DNA of 64,000 nucleotides from Neoechinorhynchus agilis (GCA_051530055.1 CM121341.1:7914784-7978783); one strand, 5' to 3'. Counted from the first letter of the stretch, positions 11,600 through 23,589 are shown. Translations and numbers: made by a program. Notes: generated by a model not told the origin, from the sequence alone.

Positions 11600-12700
11600 A
11601 GGTGTCACGGCGTAAAACATCGATTCTTTGACCACTGTAAAATTAGAGGAAATTTGATTAAACTTTCCTTTCTATCGAAAATTGTAAGAAGACTATTTCT
11701 TCTCCCAAACACACCGATTTTGGTAGGGGAATCGAATGAAATCGTGCTTAAAAACCTTAACCAAACGGTGATGAGTTTGTACGCATCTCTCCGGATCCTC
11801 AGATGCCTCCCGAAAAGGCGGTACTCGTCATTGAGTTTCCTCTTCCCTTCAACGAGGTATTTCGTCCTCCGAGTCCCGCTTCCCGGGAGATATCTGAGAA
11901 TCCGGATGGATGTACAAAACTTACAACTATACGGCCTTGGGGCATTGAGCGCAGACCAGCACTTCCCAGACCGAAATCGGTGGACTGCGGGTGTCCATAA
12001 TTCAGCCGTGTTTGAGGGAGAAATAGACATCTTTTACTTCTCGTAAGCCCGGAAACGATTTCTTCCACTTCTCAACAACAAATTATCGCCCGGTCCAAAT
12101 GCTCGGCAATGGATGCCCTACTTCGCATTTATGACATGCTTCTACCCAAGTCGAGAATAATCTTTCCATGTCACCCGTCTCATTCAACTTGATTCATCAA
12201 AAGCACTCGACAATTTACCTCCTCAAACGTCTCCACCATTTAGGAATCCTTTCATCCGATCTCTCCAAATTTTACTTCTGCTTTATTTTATACTCCCTCG
12301 CCTACAGTTATTCCGTCTTTTGCAATCAAAACGCCTCGCAACCCTTGAAACACAATTTCGACCACACACATCGATCCTTTTTCTCATGAGCACAACAATC
12401 GTAATCCTAATTCGTTTCATCCTCCCTCAACCTCGCACTTCCCTGCGCCTAAGCTCCTCTGTCCATACTGCCAAATCTTCTCGGATATCAGAACTTGAAA
12501 TGAACCTGAGGAAAGACCAACCTTAAAAGCACTCTTGCAAACAATAACCACCAATTCCCACAAGAATGGACCTTCCAACCAGACCGAACCCGTAATCCAC
12601 TCCATAATCAACAACCGCATTCATTTATCCTATCAGAACTCGAGTGTCTACGAGGAATCACCTCTTCTTTGTGCATTAACAATTAAACTTGTTATTAGTA
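11600..12700. mobile_element. Composite of LINE remnants: minus-strand post-RT C-terminal fragment (about 11700-12050), then plus-strand RT fragment and 3' tail
   Basis: Plus strand: SAMDALLRIYDML, HVTRLIQLDSSKALD, LLKRLHHLGI (same family as the 1-1180 RT). Minus strand: NTAELWTP...LRIRRDAYKLITV, resembling a CR1/L2 ORF2 C-terminus. Confidence 0.6.
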
Positions 12701-13200
12701 TCAAAATGCAGCGAACTATTGATACTTTTGCTTTGAAATGTATAATAATAACATGCTTATTGTTTAACAACTATAAAGAATAAGAGCCATGTCCTCATAA
12801 GCACTCGAGTTAAGAGTTGTTAAAAAATCGGTTCGGGTTGCAAATATCCGGTCAGGAGATGTTTCATTACTTCGATATTCTTTACACGTTTCGAACTCAA
12901 AATGGTACTAGCGATTATTCCAGGTCAGAGGTTTTTCAATTGTAAAATATCGCCTTTATATAAGTATTCTCATATTTTCAATTGTTCACACTATTTCTCA
13001 AAACGATATCTCGGATTATTTTTCATCGATGCAAATTTATCGGCTTTTCTCTTTTAAACCTGTCCTTTTCTCGCATTTTCTCTTGTTCTCATATAATTTT
13101 CATCGGTGAACTACAAGGACTCAAACAAATAAAAGAATTGACCACGGATCTTCTTGCAAGGCACGCAATTACTCACCAAGGTAAGACAACGATTCGAGAA

Positions 13201-13547
13201 TGATTCCAAGTATGTTTTTAAGCAAAATATAGAGAAAAATGATTTTTTCGCTAATAGTCCTCTAGGTCGCAGGACTTTTGTGAAAATTCCAAATATTTTC
13301 TTTATTTCGTCCTAGATTTCGTGCTTCGAACAATGACACTGATTCCAAATATGTTTTTAAGCAAAATATAGAGAAAAATGATTTTTTCGCTAATAGTCCT
13401 CTAGGTCGTAGGACTTTTGTGAAAATTCCAAATATTTTCTTTATTTCGTCCTAGATTTCGTGCTTCGAACAATGACACTGATTCCAAATATGTTTTTAAG
13501 CAAAATATAGAAAAAAATGATTTTTTCGCTAATAGTCCTCTAGGTCG
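13201..13547. repeat. Tandem repeat, 139-bp unit, about 2.5 copies
   Basis: tgattccaa.tatgttttta at 13201, 13340, 13479. Confidence 0.9.
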
Positions 13548-13897
13548 TTATTGCTGCCTATTCTGAACATTTAGGTTCACTAGAGAAACGATATTATTTT
13601 TAAAAACATCGAAATTCAATTCTTTAACAATATGCCAAAAAAGACATGGCAATTTTTTGAACAAATCATCTTCCTTTTTTAAATTAGAAAGCATTGTCCA
13701 GCGAATCGATAAAACTGCATTAGAACACAAAGGAGTTGTTCCGGGTGATCGATTATTGCTGAGATATCGATTGGATCGACATGCTAAGTGAGAAGGTTCA
13801 CACCACATGTTCGTGAGTTTTGGTACTGTGTTGAGTGCCAAGGTACGAAATACCGAATCCAACGAACATGAACATGTGAGCAAGGTCAATGTCGCCG

Positions 13898-14214
13898 AAC
13901 TCGAATTATTTATTTATTATTATTTATTATCAAGGCCTCATACACTCATTGGTCTTACGACATCTTCTTTGATAGCTTCGGCTATATTCCTTTTTTTGAG
14001 CCTTTCGGCTAACACACATCGGAGGCGCTCAGCCGCACTCGAAGGAACAGGGCCAACCCCCTTTGGGGCCGATGGGCGATCTCAAAACCTAACCCCACCC
14101 CTTCCAGCAGCGTCGCAACTCCCCTTTAACCCGGCGACCGGTGGTGTTGAACCAGCGACATATCAAGCGCATTATGAACGCGCACACCACACGCCCACTG
14201 GGCCAAACTCGAAT
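13898..14214 (-). mobile_element. tRNA-derived SINE (Met-like head) with 9-bp target-site duplication
   Basis: A box TGGCCCAGTGG (14205-14195), TTCATAA loop in a GCGC stem, B box GGTTCAACACC (14153-14143), AT-rich (TAA/TAAA)n tail 13930-13907, aactcgaat repeated at 13898-13906 and 14206-14214. No acceptor stem, so not a tRNA. Confidence 0.75.
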
Positions 14215-14967
14215 GATGAACGATATATCGCAAAGGAACAATGCCCAAAACATTTTAGAAACGAGCTGTCAAGAGAGATTAGTGATTTTGAAAAAAAATC
14301 AACTCACGATCCCGAGTGGGAAAGCGATAAGACCATGAAATCTGTCCCTAAGTTGAATTAGACGCATTGGATATGCGAGCGTACGAAATACCGAATCCAA
14401 CGAACATGAACGGCGTCTCAGAATTCTTTGTATTCAATAAACGTGTTATTATTATAAATCCATTTATAATCCCAATCCCCGGAGTTATTTCCTCCCGAGG
14501 TTAGGGGATCGAAAGTTTCCATCATTGATGTTACGTATTCGAGCCATACAATAAAGAGATATCTCTATATTTTTTATGCGGTTCAAAACACATCTCCAAC
14601 TCTATCATTTCGGAAAGATTTTCTCCTTTTGGTTTCCTAATATGCAGAAGGCGAAAAAACCGGTTTCTATGTTTTTCGTCTCGTTAAAAATACAGCTATC
14701 AGTACCATTTGTTGACAAAGGAGAATCACGTTTTAAAAATTGTAGAAATGCGGTGTCATGCGAATACCGAGATGAACTCTCGATAGAGTCGCTCTCAGGA
14801 AGGAACTTTTTCCTAGTTGCGAACAAACCAGACGTAGTTCAAAACGTCAGGCTAGAAGACTAAATAACAAATTTTAATTTCGATGAACCTCCCCCCCCCA
14901 TTACTGGAAAAATATATCAAAACCGATTGATTTTAGTTTCAAATTCACAAAAGCAAGCGCGGTTCCC

Positions 14968-15423
14968 ATGACAACAACATTGAATGTTTTGATTCTGAAA
15001 GGACGCACAATGCCACGACAACAACGTCCTCGTCAAAAAAAGACAAAAATCTCATTTGAATCGCATTTTTTGCCACAATCGGTTTTATATGTTTACCCTC
15101 ACACAATGGAACCCGGTGATTGGGACAATTTGGGTATTAAATATCCAAATGGGAGCAGGTATATCAAAATACCGATCAGTCCGGAAATACTTTTGAATAA
15201 GGAGCAACGGTCATTGTTGGTGAACGTTGTAAAGACATCCGGTACTGATCAAATAAGCCAAATAGTAATTAGAGCTTTAAAGCCGTCTCAGGTATTGATC
15301 AATTATGACAATTGGGAATTGAAGAGTCTCGGGAAATTGTTCAAGGAAGGAAGGTTTTCGCGGAGTGTAATTCGAACGGCCATAGACTCACTGAGTGATC
15401 TCTGTTTTGGATTAAAATTTTGA
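14968..15423 (+). CDS. Hypothetical protein (about 137-151 aa), basic N-terminus, no family recognised
   Basis: Single open frame; likely start MPRQQRPRQKKTK near 15010. Confidence 0.4.
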   Translation: MTTTLNVLILKGRTMPRQQRPRQKKTKISFESHFLPQSVLYVYPHTMEPGDWDNLGIKYPNGSRYIKIPISPEILLNKEQRSLLVNVVKTSGTDQISQIVIRALKPSQVLINYDNWELKSLGKLFKEGRFSRSVIRTAIDSLSDLCFGLKF

Positions 15424-15446
15424 CTTTTAATTGAAAGTCAACGCGA

Positions 15447-17076
15447 CCCCTTTTCAAAAAGTTTGTTTACAACTCTTCACCCGGTAAACAATTCTTTTTC
15501 ATATTGAAAATGTGGCTCCCAATATAAAACCCTTTTTCCAAAAGTTTGTTTACAACTCTTCACCCGGTAAACAATTCTTTTTCATATTAAAAACGTGGCT
15601 CTCAATATAAAAACCCCTTTTCAAAAAGTTTGTTTACAACTCTTCACCCGGTAAACAATTCTTTTTCATATTAAAAACGTGGCTCCCAATATAAAAACCC
15701 TTTTCAAAAAGTTTGTTTACAACTCTTCACCTGGTAAACAATTCTTTTTCGTATTGAAAACGTGGCTCCCAATAAAAAACCCCTTTCCAGAAGTTTGTTT
15801 ACAACTCTTCACCTGGTAAACAATTCTTTTTCATATTAAAAACGTGGCTCCCAATATAAAAACCCCTTTTCAAAAAGTTTGTTTACAACTCTTCACCCGG
15901 TAAACAATTCTTTTTCATATTAAAAACGTGGCTCCCAATATAAAAACCCCTTTTCAAAGTTTGTTTACAACTCTTCACCTGGTAAACAATTCTTTTTCAT
16001 ATTGAAAACGTGGCTCCCAATAAAAACCCCTTTTCCAGAAGTTTGTTTACAACTCTTCACCTGGTAAACAATTCTTTTTCATATTAAAAACGTGGCTCCC
16101 AATATAAAAACCCCTTTTCAAAAAGTTTGTTTACAACTCTTCACCCGGTAAACAATTCTTTTTCATATTAAAAACGTGGCTCCCAATATAAAAACCCCTT
16201 TTCAAAAAGTTTGTTTACAACTCTTCACCCGGTAAACAATTCTTTTTCATATTGAAAACGTGGCTTCCAATATAAAAACCCCTTTTCAAAAAGTTTGTTT
16301 ACAACTCTTCACCCGGTAAACAATTCTTTTTCATATTGAAAACGTGGCTCCCAATATAAAAACCCCTTTTCAAAAAGTTTGTTTACAACTCTTCACCTGG
16401 TAAACAATTCTTTTTCATATTAAAAACGTGGCTCCCAATATAAAAACCCCTTTCCAGAAGTTTGTTTACAACTCTTCACCTGGTAAACAATTCTTTTTCA
16501 TATTAAAAACGTGGCTCCCAATATAAAAACCCCTTTTCAAAAAGTTTGTTTACAACTCTTCACCGGTAAACAATTCTTTTTCATATTAAAAACGTGGCTC
16601 CCAATATAAAAACCCCTTTTCAAAAAGTTTGTTTACAACTCTTCACCTGGTAAACAATTCTTTTTCTTATTGAAAACGTGGCTCCCAATATAAAACCCCT
16701 TTTCAAAAAGTTTGTTTACAACTCTTCACCTGGTAAACAATTCTTTTTCGTATTAAAAACGTGGCTCCCAATATAAAAACCCCCTTTCAAAAAGTTTGTT
16801 TACAACTCTTCACCTGGTAAACAATTCTTTTTCGTATTGAAAACGTGGCGCCCAATAAAAACCCCTTTTCAAAAAGTTTGTTTACAACTCTTCACCTGGT
16901 AAACAATTCTTTTTCATATTAAAAACGTGGCTCCCAATATAAAAACCCCTTTTCCAAAAGTTTGTTTACAACCCTTCACCTGGTAAACAATTCTTTTTCT
17001 TATTGAAAACGTGGCTCCCAATATAAAAACCCCTTTTCAAAAAGTTTGTTTACAACCCTTCACCTGGTAAACAATT
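15447..17076. repeat. Tandem array, about 84-bp unit, about 20 copies, each with an inverted TTGTTTAC/GTAAACAA pair
   Basis: Unit ccttttcaaaaagtttgtttacaactcttcacc(c/t)ggtaaacaattctttttcatattaaaaacgtggctcccaatataaaaacc. Confidence 0.97.
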
Positions 17077-17215
17077 ATAAAAAATGATTTATTAGGTTAA
17101 GACTTATAAACGATAAGTCTGTTGATTGAATTGTCCAAAGTTCGTCCTAAAGAGATTCTTCCAGTCTAACCAACCGAGACTGTGGCTCTTGGTGTCCAGT
17201 AACTGAGTGACACGA

Positions 17216-17821
17216 ATGCCTCCTCGTGACCAATTGAATCGTAAGCCTAGCAGCCGACGAGCAAACCGGAACAGCGGAGATGTTTTTGAGGCTGAGCGGA
17301 TAATTGACCATCGATTTGTGGACGACGGAGGTCTTCAAGTTTTAATGAAATGGAAAGGATATGGAACTGGTTATAATACATGGGAGCCGATTGAGAATAT
17401 ATTATCTTCGGATCTTTTAGACAGTTATTTGGATGAACTCGGTGGTAGTGGAGAAGTGAGTGTTGATGAGCTTGATAGGATTTGGAAGGGAGCTGGACGA
17501 GTCAATAGGCCTCTAATGGAAGCGGACGACCGTGATTCGCCAGAACCTCAAGTGGTTCGACGATCAGCTCGGATTGATAGACGGCGACGAGTAATCAATG
17601 ATCAAACCAGTGAAGAGTCCGACGAGTCTACAAAGATTGTGAAGGTCAAGCGGAGAAGGGGAAGACCTTCGTTTGCTCAAAAACGGAAGGATAGTATTGT
17701 TAATTGTTATGGAGCTGAGTTTGTTACGAAGATTCGGATAACCGATGTGGATATGGGTAAGACTACTTGTACGTTCATCGAATGTACTCAAAGGGAAGGA
17801 TTTCTTGACAAACATGTTTAA
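17216..17821 (+). CDS. Polycomb/CBX-like protein 1: chromodomain + AT-hook-like + Pc box, intronless
   Basis: VFEAERII..LMKWKGYGTGYNTWEPIENI; RRRGRPSF; IRITDVDMGKTTCTFIECTQREGFL matches the Pc/CBX C-box pattern ITD....TVTF.E....EGFF. Confidence 0.9.
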   Translation: MPPRDQLNRKPSSRRANRNSGDVFEAERIIDHRFVDDGGLQVLMKWKGYGTGYNTWEPIENILSSDLLDSYLDELGGSGEVSVDELDRIWKGAGRVNRPLMEADDRDSPEPQVVRRSARIDRRRRVINDQTSEESDESTKIVKVKRRRGRPSFAQKRKDSIVNCYGAEFVTKIRITDVDMGKTTCTFIECTQREGFLDKHV

Positions 17822-18781
17822 GAGAAACAATGAATCGGTAAGTTAATGGATTTAAGGGTGCTTGTTTTGTATGAGGTTTAAATGGATTTTTCCGATATTT
17901 CACATTTGAATAATTCCGACATTTTCTCGTATTGGTTTCGAAGAATTATACAAACGGGTGAAATGTCGGGGAAATAGGTCATAATGATGAGGAAAAAGAA
18001 TAATCTTAGAGAACATATCTTCCATTGCCTCGAGCTCCCTTTCTAGATTGCTGATTCTCTGATAAACATTGTGAGCTGCTCCAACCTTTGTTAAAGAAAT
18101 TCTGCGGTAATATTGAGCTACGGATCGATGCAATTGTATTTCTCCCTTTTTTCGCTACTTCACTGGCCCATGAAAATACAAGGGAAATTTTTGTCTTAGC
18201 AATCGTATTCGAGGTTCCCGTCATCTTTCCTTAAATTAATCGACTCGAGGAGAAATGGACGTATTAATTAGAGCATTCAACATGTTGTGGCGATTGATCT
18301 GAGCATCGTTTGAGCGGTCATAGATTTTAGTACCAATCGACGGGATTAGTGAAGCATCAAGAAAACTACTGGATCAATACATATCGGCTATTCATTTTAC
18401 ACCGTTTTATTTAACTTTCCGAAAAGGTCAGTTGCCATTTTGGACACAAAGTCCGGCTTGCATCTTTTTTAAATTCACATTTGAGACGTATCTCTGATCA
18501 GAAATATATGTGGGAATTCCATAGAGACGATGATCTGGAAATTGTTGGAATATTTCGAACGAGGAAGCCTTATCAGTCATTTAAAAACGTTTTAGTTGTC
18601 TTGTATGGCTCGGGTACGTGGAATCGCCTCGTATACCGGATGTCCGTTCTATGATTTCTGAAACGTCGATGATTGACGATTGGATATAGCGAAACAGTTT
18701 TGAGATCGGCATCGAGCTTGCTTATGCTTGGTAATTCTTTTCCGTGTATCTTTAATGTTGTAACAGCCATAATCTTTCTTC

Positions 18782-18821
18782 AGATGACTGATGAGGATTA
18801 ATATTTCGAAATATTTCATTT
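18782..18821 (+). ncRNA. Minimal hammerhead-ribozyme motif (Penelope-associated type)
   Basis: AGATGA (stem I) CTGATGA GGATTAATATTTC (stem II) GAAA TATT / TCATTT (stem I', 6 bp including one G.U). Activity not shown. Confidence 0.6.
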
Positions 18822-19271
18822 CAATAAGATATGTATTTTATCCAGGGTATTATGACTACCGCAACTGCTACCAGCATTTGGCTAGGCAAATGGTTAGAAA
18901 AGACTTGGATGATAATCTCGTTTTTTTGAAGGCTTATCTACTTTTTCCATCCGAAAATGCCAATAAAATGTCAAATTTAATCACCCTGTCACTTTCAGTC
19001 AAAACGTATTTTATTAATTTGAAAGTTTTGTGACTGTTTTAGGGTATTTTGAACTTAGAAATCATTTTTGTGAGATAGAAATGAGACTGGCATACATTGA
19101 CTCCTGGCAACAAACACTTTTTTAATGATCTTCACTGAAAGAGAGGAAAGTGGTTAATCATTAAAGCTTATTTTTTCCTATTTTATTTCGCACGTTTAAA
19201 AAAAACTTTGCAACTTCTAGCAATACGAACATTTGAATGACCATAAACACATCGATATTAATTTTTTTTAG

Positions 19272-19937
19272 ATATTCCTAAGACATTGCATTCTGATCGT
19301 ATGCCATTCGATGACTCTTCTGCTGCTTTTAAAGATATTTGCATCTATGGTGACACTAACGATTCTCTACTGGTTCGTATGGGTGGGTCATCAGTTGTTC
19401 CTGAACAATTAGCTCATTTATACTTACATCGAATCGTTCCCAGGGTGCTTCTTGTGTTTTTAAGGGACGATTTGATCGCAACGACACCATCAATCTGGTC
19501 AGGTAGAGTCAGCAAAAGATATCATTGAGCAATATCGAGGAAACGTGTTGAAGCAATTGCGTGAGAACTACGAGATTTGTATTCCTCGTGAGCTCTATCC
19601 TAACCGATTGGAGAACTCAGACGTCCTCACTAAATTGAGGATCGAGTTTGAAAGAACAAAACAGAAGCTCCTCCAAGAAGATTGCTCTCATTCTGACGGA
19701 CATGGACTTAGGAACACTTCGCTCGAACTAAGACCACTCTCGCTCATATCCCGAACCCTAATATCCACCCTTGTGATCATAGTGACCGCACTGTCGTCCG
19801 CTTTCTTCGTAGCCTACTTTGGACCACGTCCACTAGTCACCCGAATTGTCTCCTCAACCCTAGTAGGCATGATCGTCCTTCTTGCAGAGATTTATTTCCT
19901 TCTCAAACACTTTGACGCTCAAAGTCACGTAAAGTGA
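19272..19937 (+). CDS. TMEM199/VMA12-like V-ATPase assembly factor (5' end unresolved)
   Basis: ENYEICIPRELYPNR and two C-terminal TM segments ending VGMIVLLAEIYFLLK; an inferred 58-nt intron joins the 19286 and 19545 frames. Confidence 0.6.
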
Positions 19938-22810
19938 TCATTGATTTGACGACGACGATGCAGGATGGAGTTTGTACCAGCGACTAACTCCATCAATCAA
20001 TTTGGAGTCTGAAAAATGTGAGTACAAAATGTTCCATCGCACTTTAAAATAAACCTGATAGCTGGATGTGTGTGATGCCGATAAAATCATTTTTCGTTAT
20101 TCTGTCATAATCCCAAACAGAAATCTCCAATGTTTTGTACTGTAGTTCATCCTGATGAATGTTACAAAAGACGAACATTTCATTCCACGCAGGATTCAGA
20201 GTTCGTGGTACATATCTAGTTTTTCGCTTGTTGTCTTTTTCTCGCCCTGGAAGTAAATAAAGCTTCACATAGGGGTCCGAAAGTCCATTTGAATCTCGTG
20301 GTAGAAGTCCTTTGGCTTGTACTATTTTAACATGAAGTTCTTGTTCTTTGATGCAATGGGTTAAGACCGCTTGAATTGCTCCTCTTGATAGATTCATTTT
20401 ATCAACTCCGTGTGTTCGACTATGTCTCAATGTCTTTATTCGCTTAATTTCATCATCTTTCATTGTAGTGAGGCGAGAAGTGCTTCTTGAACGCATTAAT
20501 TGGAAATTCGTGGGGATCAGTGAACTTCTCGATACACAATCTGAAACATTGTCTTCAATCGGGCTTGTAATGAGCGTTATTTGTGGATTCTGAACAGTGT
20601 CGGAACTTGTCTCCACCTTTACTAAATCGCATTGATTGAACTCTACACAACAAATTAAGTTGATATCGATCGCTCAGGTAAAAACTACGGATCCCACCTT
20701 CCTTCGAATGCTGCCGAACAGGTTCGCTATGTGCAATACTATTCTCTGATATTGCCCGAGGACTTGTTTGTTCACTCGATTCTACTGACAATGAGCTATT
20801 TAATCTGTTGTAGAAATTCGTACGATGCAATCTTAACGAAAAACGAATCACAACTACGTACGATTTAATGAGTAGCTCCGCTTCCCCGTTCGTTTCTCCG
20901 ATAACCTTTTGAACCATATCCGGATTCATTCCACGAATCTTGTGTTCATTCCATTCTATAAGTTCATCGCCTATTTTATGTTCAATCGTTAAAGCTCACG
21001 AGACCGTTTTCGTCTATTTTAAACGATTTGGGGCCGTTGTCGCAAAATTGATTTAATATGCCCATGTATTTTTTTTTAAAAAAAATTCTCCTAATTTGTA
21101 TGTTTCGATTTAATAGCACACAAACAGCGGAAGCTAGGAAAATACGGAAATATATTCAGTTATCGATGGCTCACTATTTTGTCCCCTTTTTCGGAATAGA
21201 GACGTATGGAGCTCTCGGCAGCTCGGCACTCACTCTGCTCCAGGATGTCTCGAAGAAATTGATAGAAAAGACCGGAGACTCAAGAGCAGGCGTATTCCTT
21301 CGACAAAATATCTCGCTGGCGGTACAATGAGGCAATGCTGTCAGCGTGATGGCGACGGTCGAGGAAGGATAAAAGCTGGAATTCGGCGGGAGGTGGTGAG
21401 TGTGCTTCAAACAGATTGTTTGAATTGTTAAAAATTTTGACAAAAAGCAGAAAAATCGAATTACCAATATTGACAAAATATCTCGCTGCCAGTACAACGA
21501 GGCAATGCTGCCAGCGTGATGGTGACGGTCGAGGAAGGACAAAAGCTGGAATTCGGCGGGAGGTGGTGGGTGTGCTTCAAAAAGATTGTTTGAATTGTTA
21601 AAAATTTTGACAAAAAGCAGAAAAATCGAATTACCAATATTGACAAAATATCTCGCTGCCAGTACAACGAGGCAATGCTGAGCGTGATGGTGACGGTCGA
21701 GGAAGGACAAAAGAAATTTTGACAAAAAGCAGAAAAATCGAATTACCAATATTGACAAAATATCTCGCTGCCAGTACAACGAGGCAATGCTGCCAGCGTG
21801 ATGGCGACGGTCGAGGAAGGACAAAAGCTGGAATTCGGCGGGAGGTGGTTGGTGTGCTTCAAACAGATTGTTTGAATTATTAAAATTTTTGACAAAAAGC
21901 AGAAAAATCGAATTACCGATATTGACACTTGATCTAAGTTGTTCTGCATAACACGATCCGATATCGATACTGACAATCCACGTTCCTAAATACGGCACTC
22001 CAAACTCATCTTTCCCTCGGCAATCCGTCTTTACACCCATACACCACTGGTCTCCTAAATACTTACGATTATTTATTCGTATTTGTGCTGCATTTCTGAC
22101 CCTTTGATTTATGGACAAGTATTCGTCGATATCGTGAATCAAACATTATTGCTTGTGGTGATTGCGCTCGTCGAGATTTCGCAGACCTTTCTTGCTGCGT
22201 AAATAAGAACCAAAAGAGTATGATAGCAACAATGAATGTGCAGTTAGTGATCCCACTTAGAGTTAAAACCGCCATTATCCCCCTTCTTTTCATGCCAACA
22301 CTCGGTTGTGTTTACCTCGTCTAGAGCAGTATTGCTTTGCTTTCGAATGCCATTATACCAGCAATCTTTTTCATCTTCATCAAACTGTTGGAATTGGTAG
22401 TTCAATATTGCCGTCTCAAATGATAATGATTGATGGCAGCAACTTAATTTGCTCTGGTTCTCGTCTGTTGACTCCATTTTTCCGGATTCTAATGAGCGGC
22501 GTGGGGGAAAAATGAAAAGATGAGTGGGAGTTAATGAGAAATCCATTGTCATTCAACCCACCTACTTGTTGAGAAATGTCGACTGTTATTAATTCACTTT
22601 CGTCCTTTTCATTGGGAAATGATTATAGGATGTTCTTCAAATACTCCCTCCCGTCAACTTAGACTTACACTGCTCACATCAACGTAGATTTCATCAATAT
22701 CGGAGGAGTCAGCGCAATCAGACGAACTAATATCCTCATCAAAGGATGCACTAGTTTTTATTCGTTTAGATTTCCCTAAGATTGATATATCACTAAGTGA
22801 GTGAATCATA
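19938..22810 (-). CDS. Piccolo/RIM-family active-zone protein (PDZ + C2), multi-exon, 5' end uncertain
   Basis: PDZ pieces YRRILVHKSKG-DQWCMGVK..LGTWIVSIDIGS..QLRS and DELIEWN..VQKVIGETNGEAELLIK; C2 ELHVKIVQAKGLLPRDSNGLSDPYVKLYLLPG..WDYDR..NDFIG; last exon 20008-19938 DSKLIDGVSRWYKLHP after a 46-nt intron. Confidence 0.8.
21170..21925 (+). mobile_element. CRE-like 3' fragment followed by tandem copies (about 170 bp) of its 3' end, inside a Piccolo/RIM-like intron
   Basis: FVPFFGIETYGALGSSALTLLQDVSKKLIEKTGDSRAGVFLRQNISLAVQ, then about 3.6 copies of gacaaaatatctcgctg...gaattaccaat, one internally deleted. Confidence 0.8.
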
Positions 22811-22991
22811 GTGTCTTCTTATGCTGTTTAGACTCTGAGACAATGATTAACAGGAAAATGCAAGTCTCTACAAAGCAGTGCGTTGTTTTTGAAACTGATT
22901 GCGATTTCCAATGACCACATCGCTCAATATCGATCGTCGCACCTACAGTAAAAAAAACGCAACATTCTGTCACTGAATCGCTATTTTAAAA

Positions 22992-23513
22992 ATGACGAAC
23001 TCAAAAAGAAGCAATAACCGATCATCGTCATCAATCGATGACGGTATCTATAATGCTGAGCGCATTATAAAACATCGGTACCAGAATAACAAACTTCAAT
23101 TTTTCATAAAATGGAAAGGATACGGAAAATCGTATAATACTTGGGAACCCGTGGACAACATCTTCTGTAATGAACTAATCGATGTCTACAACGACGAACT
23201 AGTGATAAAAGGAGAACCGAGACTCCGGGTACGTGCTCGACGAATCAACCAGAATAGAGCTAAATCTGCGCGAAGATCCTCGTGTCTCGATAAGCGAACC
23301 AGTGAGGTTTCGTCTTCTGTTAATGAGAACTCGATTGCGCTTTCAGCCAATAGGAAACGAGGAAGGCCAACGTTCGCACAAAAAAGAATAGACAATATTA
23401 TCACCCACTATGGATTCGATATGGTACCTCATATTAGAATCGTAGATGTTGAACGCAATGGTGTTTGTCAAACGTTCATCGAATGCGATAAACGTGAAGG
23501 ATTCTTTATTTGA
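22992..23513 (+). CDS. Polycomb/CBX-like protein 2: chromodomain + AT-hook-like + Pc box, intronless
   Basis: IYNAERII..FFIKWKGYGKSYNTWEPVDNI; RKRGRPTF; IRIVDVERNGVCQTFIECDKREGFFI. Confidence 0.9.
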   Translation: MTNSKRSNNRSSSSIDDGIYNAERIIKHRYQNNKLQFFIKWKGYGKSYNTWEPVDNIFCNELIDVYNDELVIKGEPRLRVRARRINQNRAKSARRSSCLDKRTSEVSSSVNENSIALSANRKRGRPTFAQKRIDNIITHYGFDMVPHIRIVDVERNGVCQTFIECDKREGFFI

Positions 23514-23589
23514 GATTTTGAACAAAAAGATTGTGTGCTTGATTTGAAATAATCTTGAGGTATGGTAGTCCTTTTTTAAGAGCGTTCTT

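Noticed and set aside
13807-14361. 184-aa ORF
   Set aside because: Runs antisense across the SINE and its tail; no protein features.
15447-17076. CRISPR-like appearance of this and other arrays
   Set aside because: Units are near-identical end to end with no unique spacers, there are no cas genes, and the context is eukaryotic.
17900-19110. Possible multi-exon minus-strand gene
   Set aside because: Several coding-looking stretches, but no consistent in-phase model or recognisable domain.
21174-22142. 322-aa minus-strand ORF as one protein
   Set aside because: Mostly the antisense translation of CRE-derived tandem repeats; only about 22050-21930 is a plausible PDZ exon.
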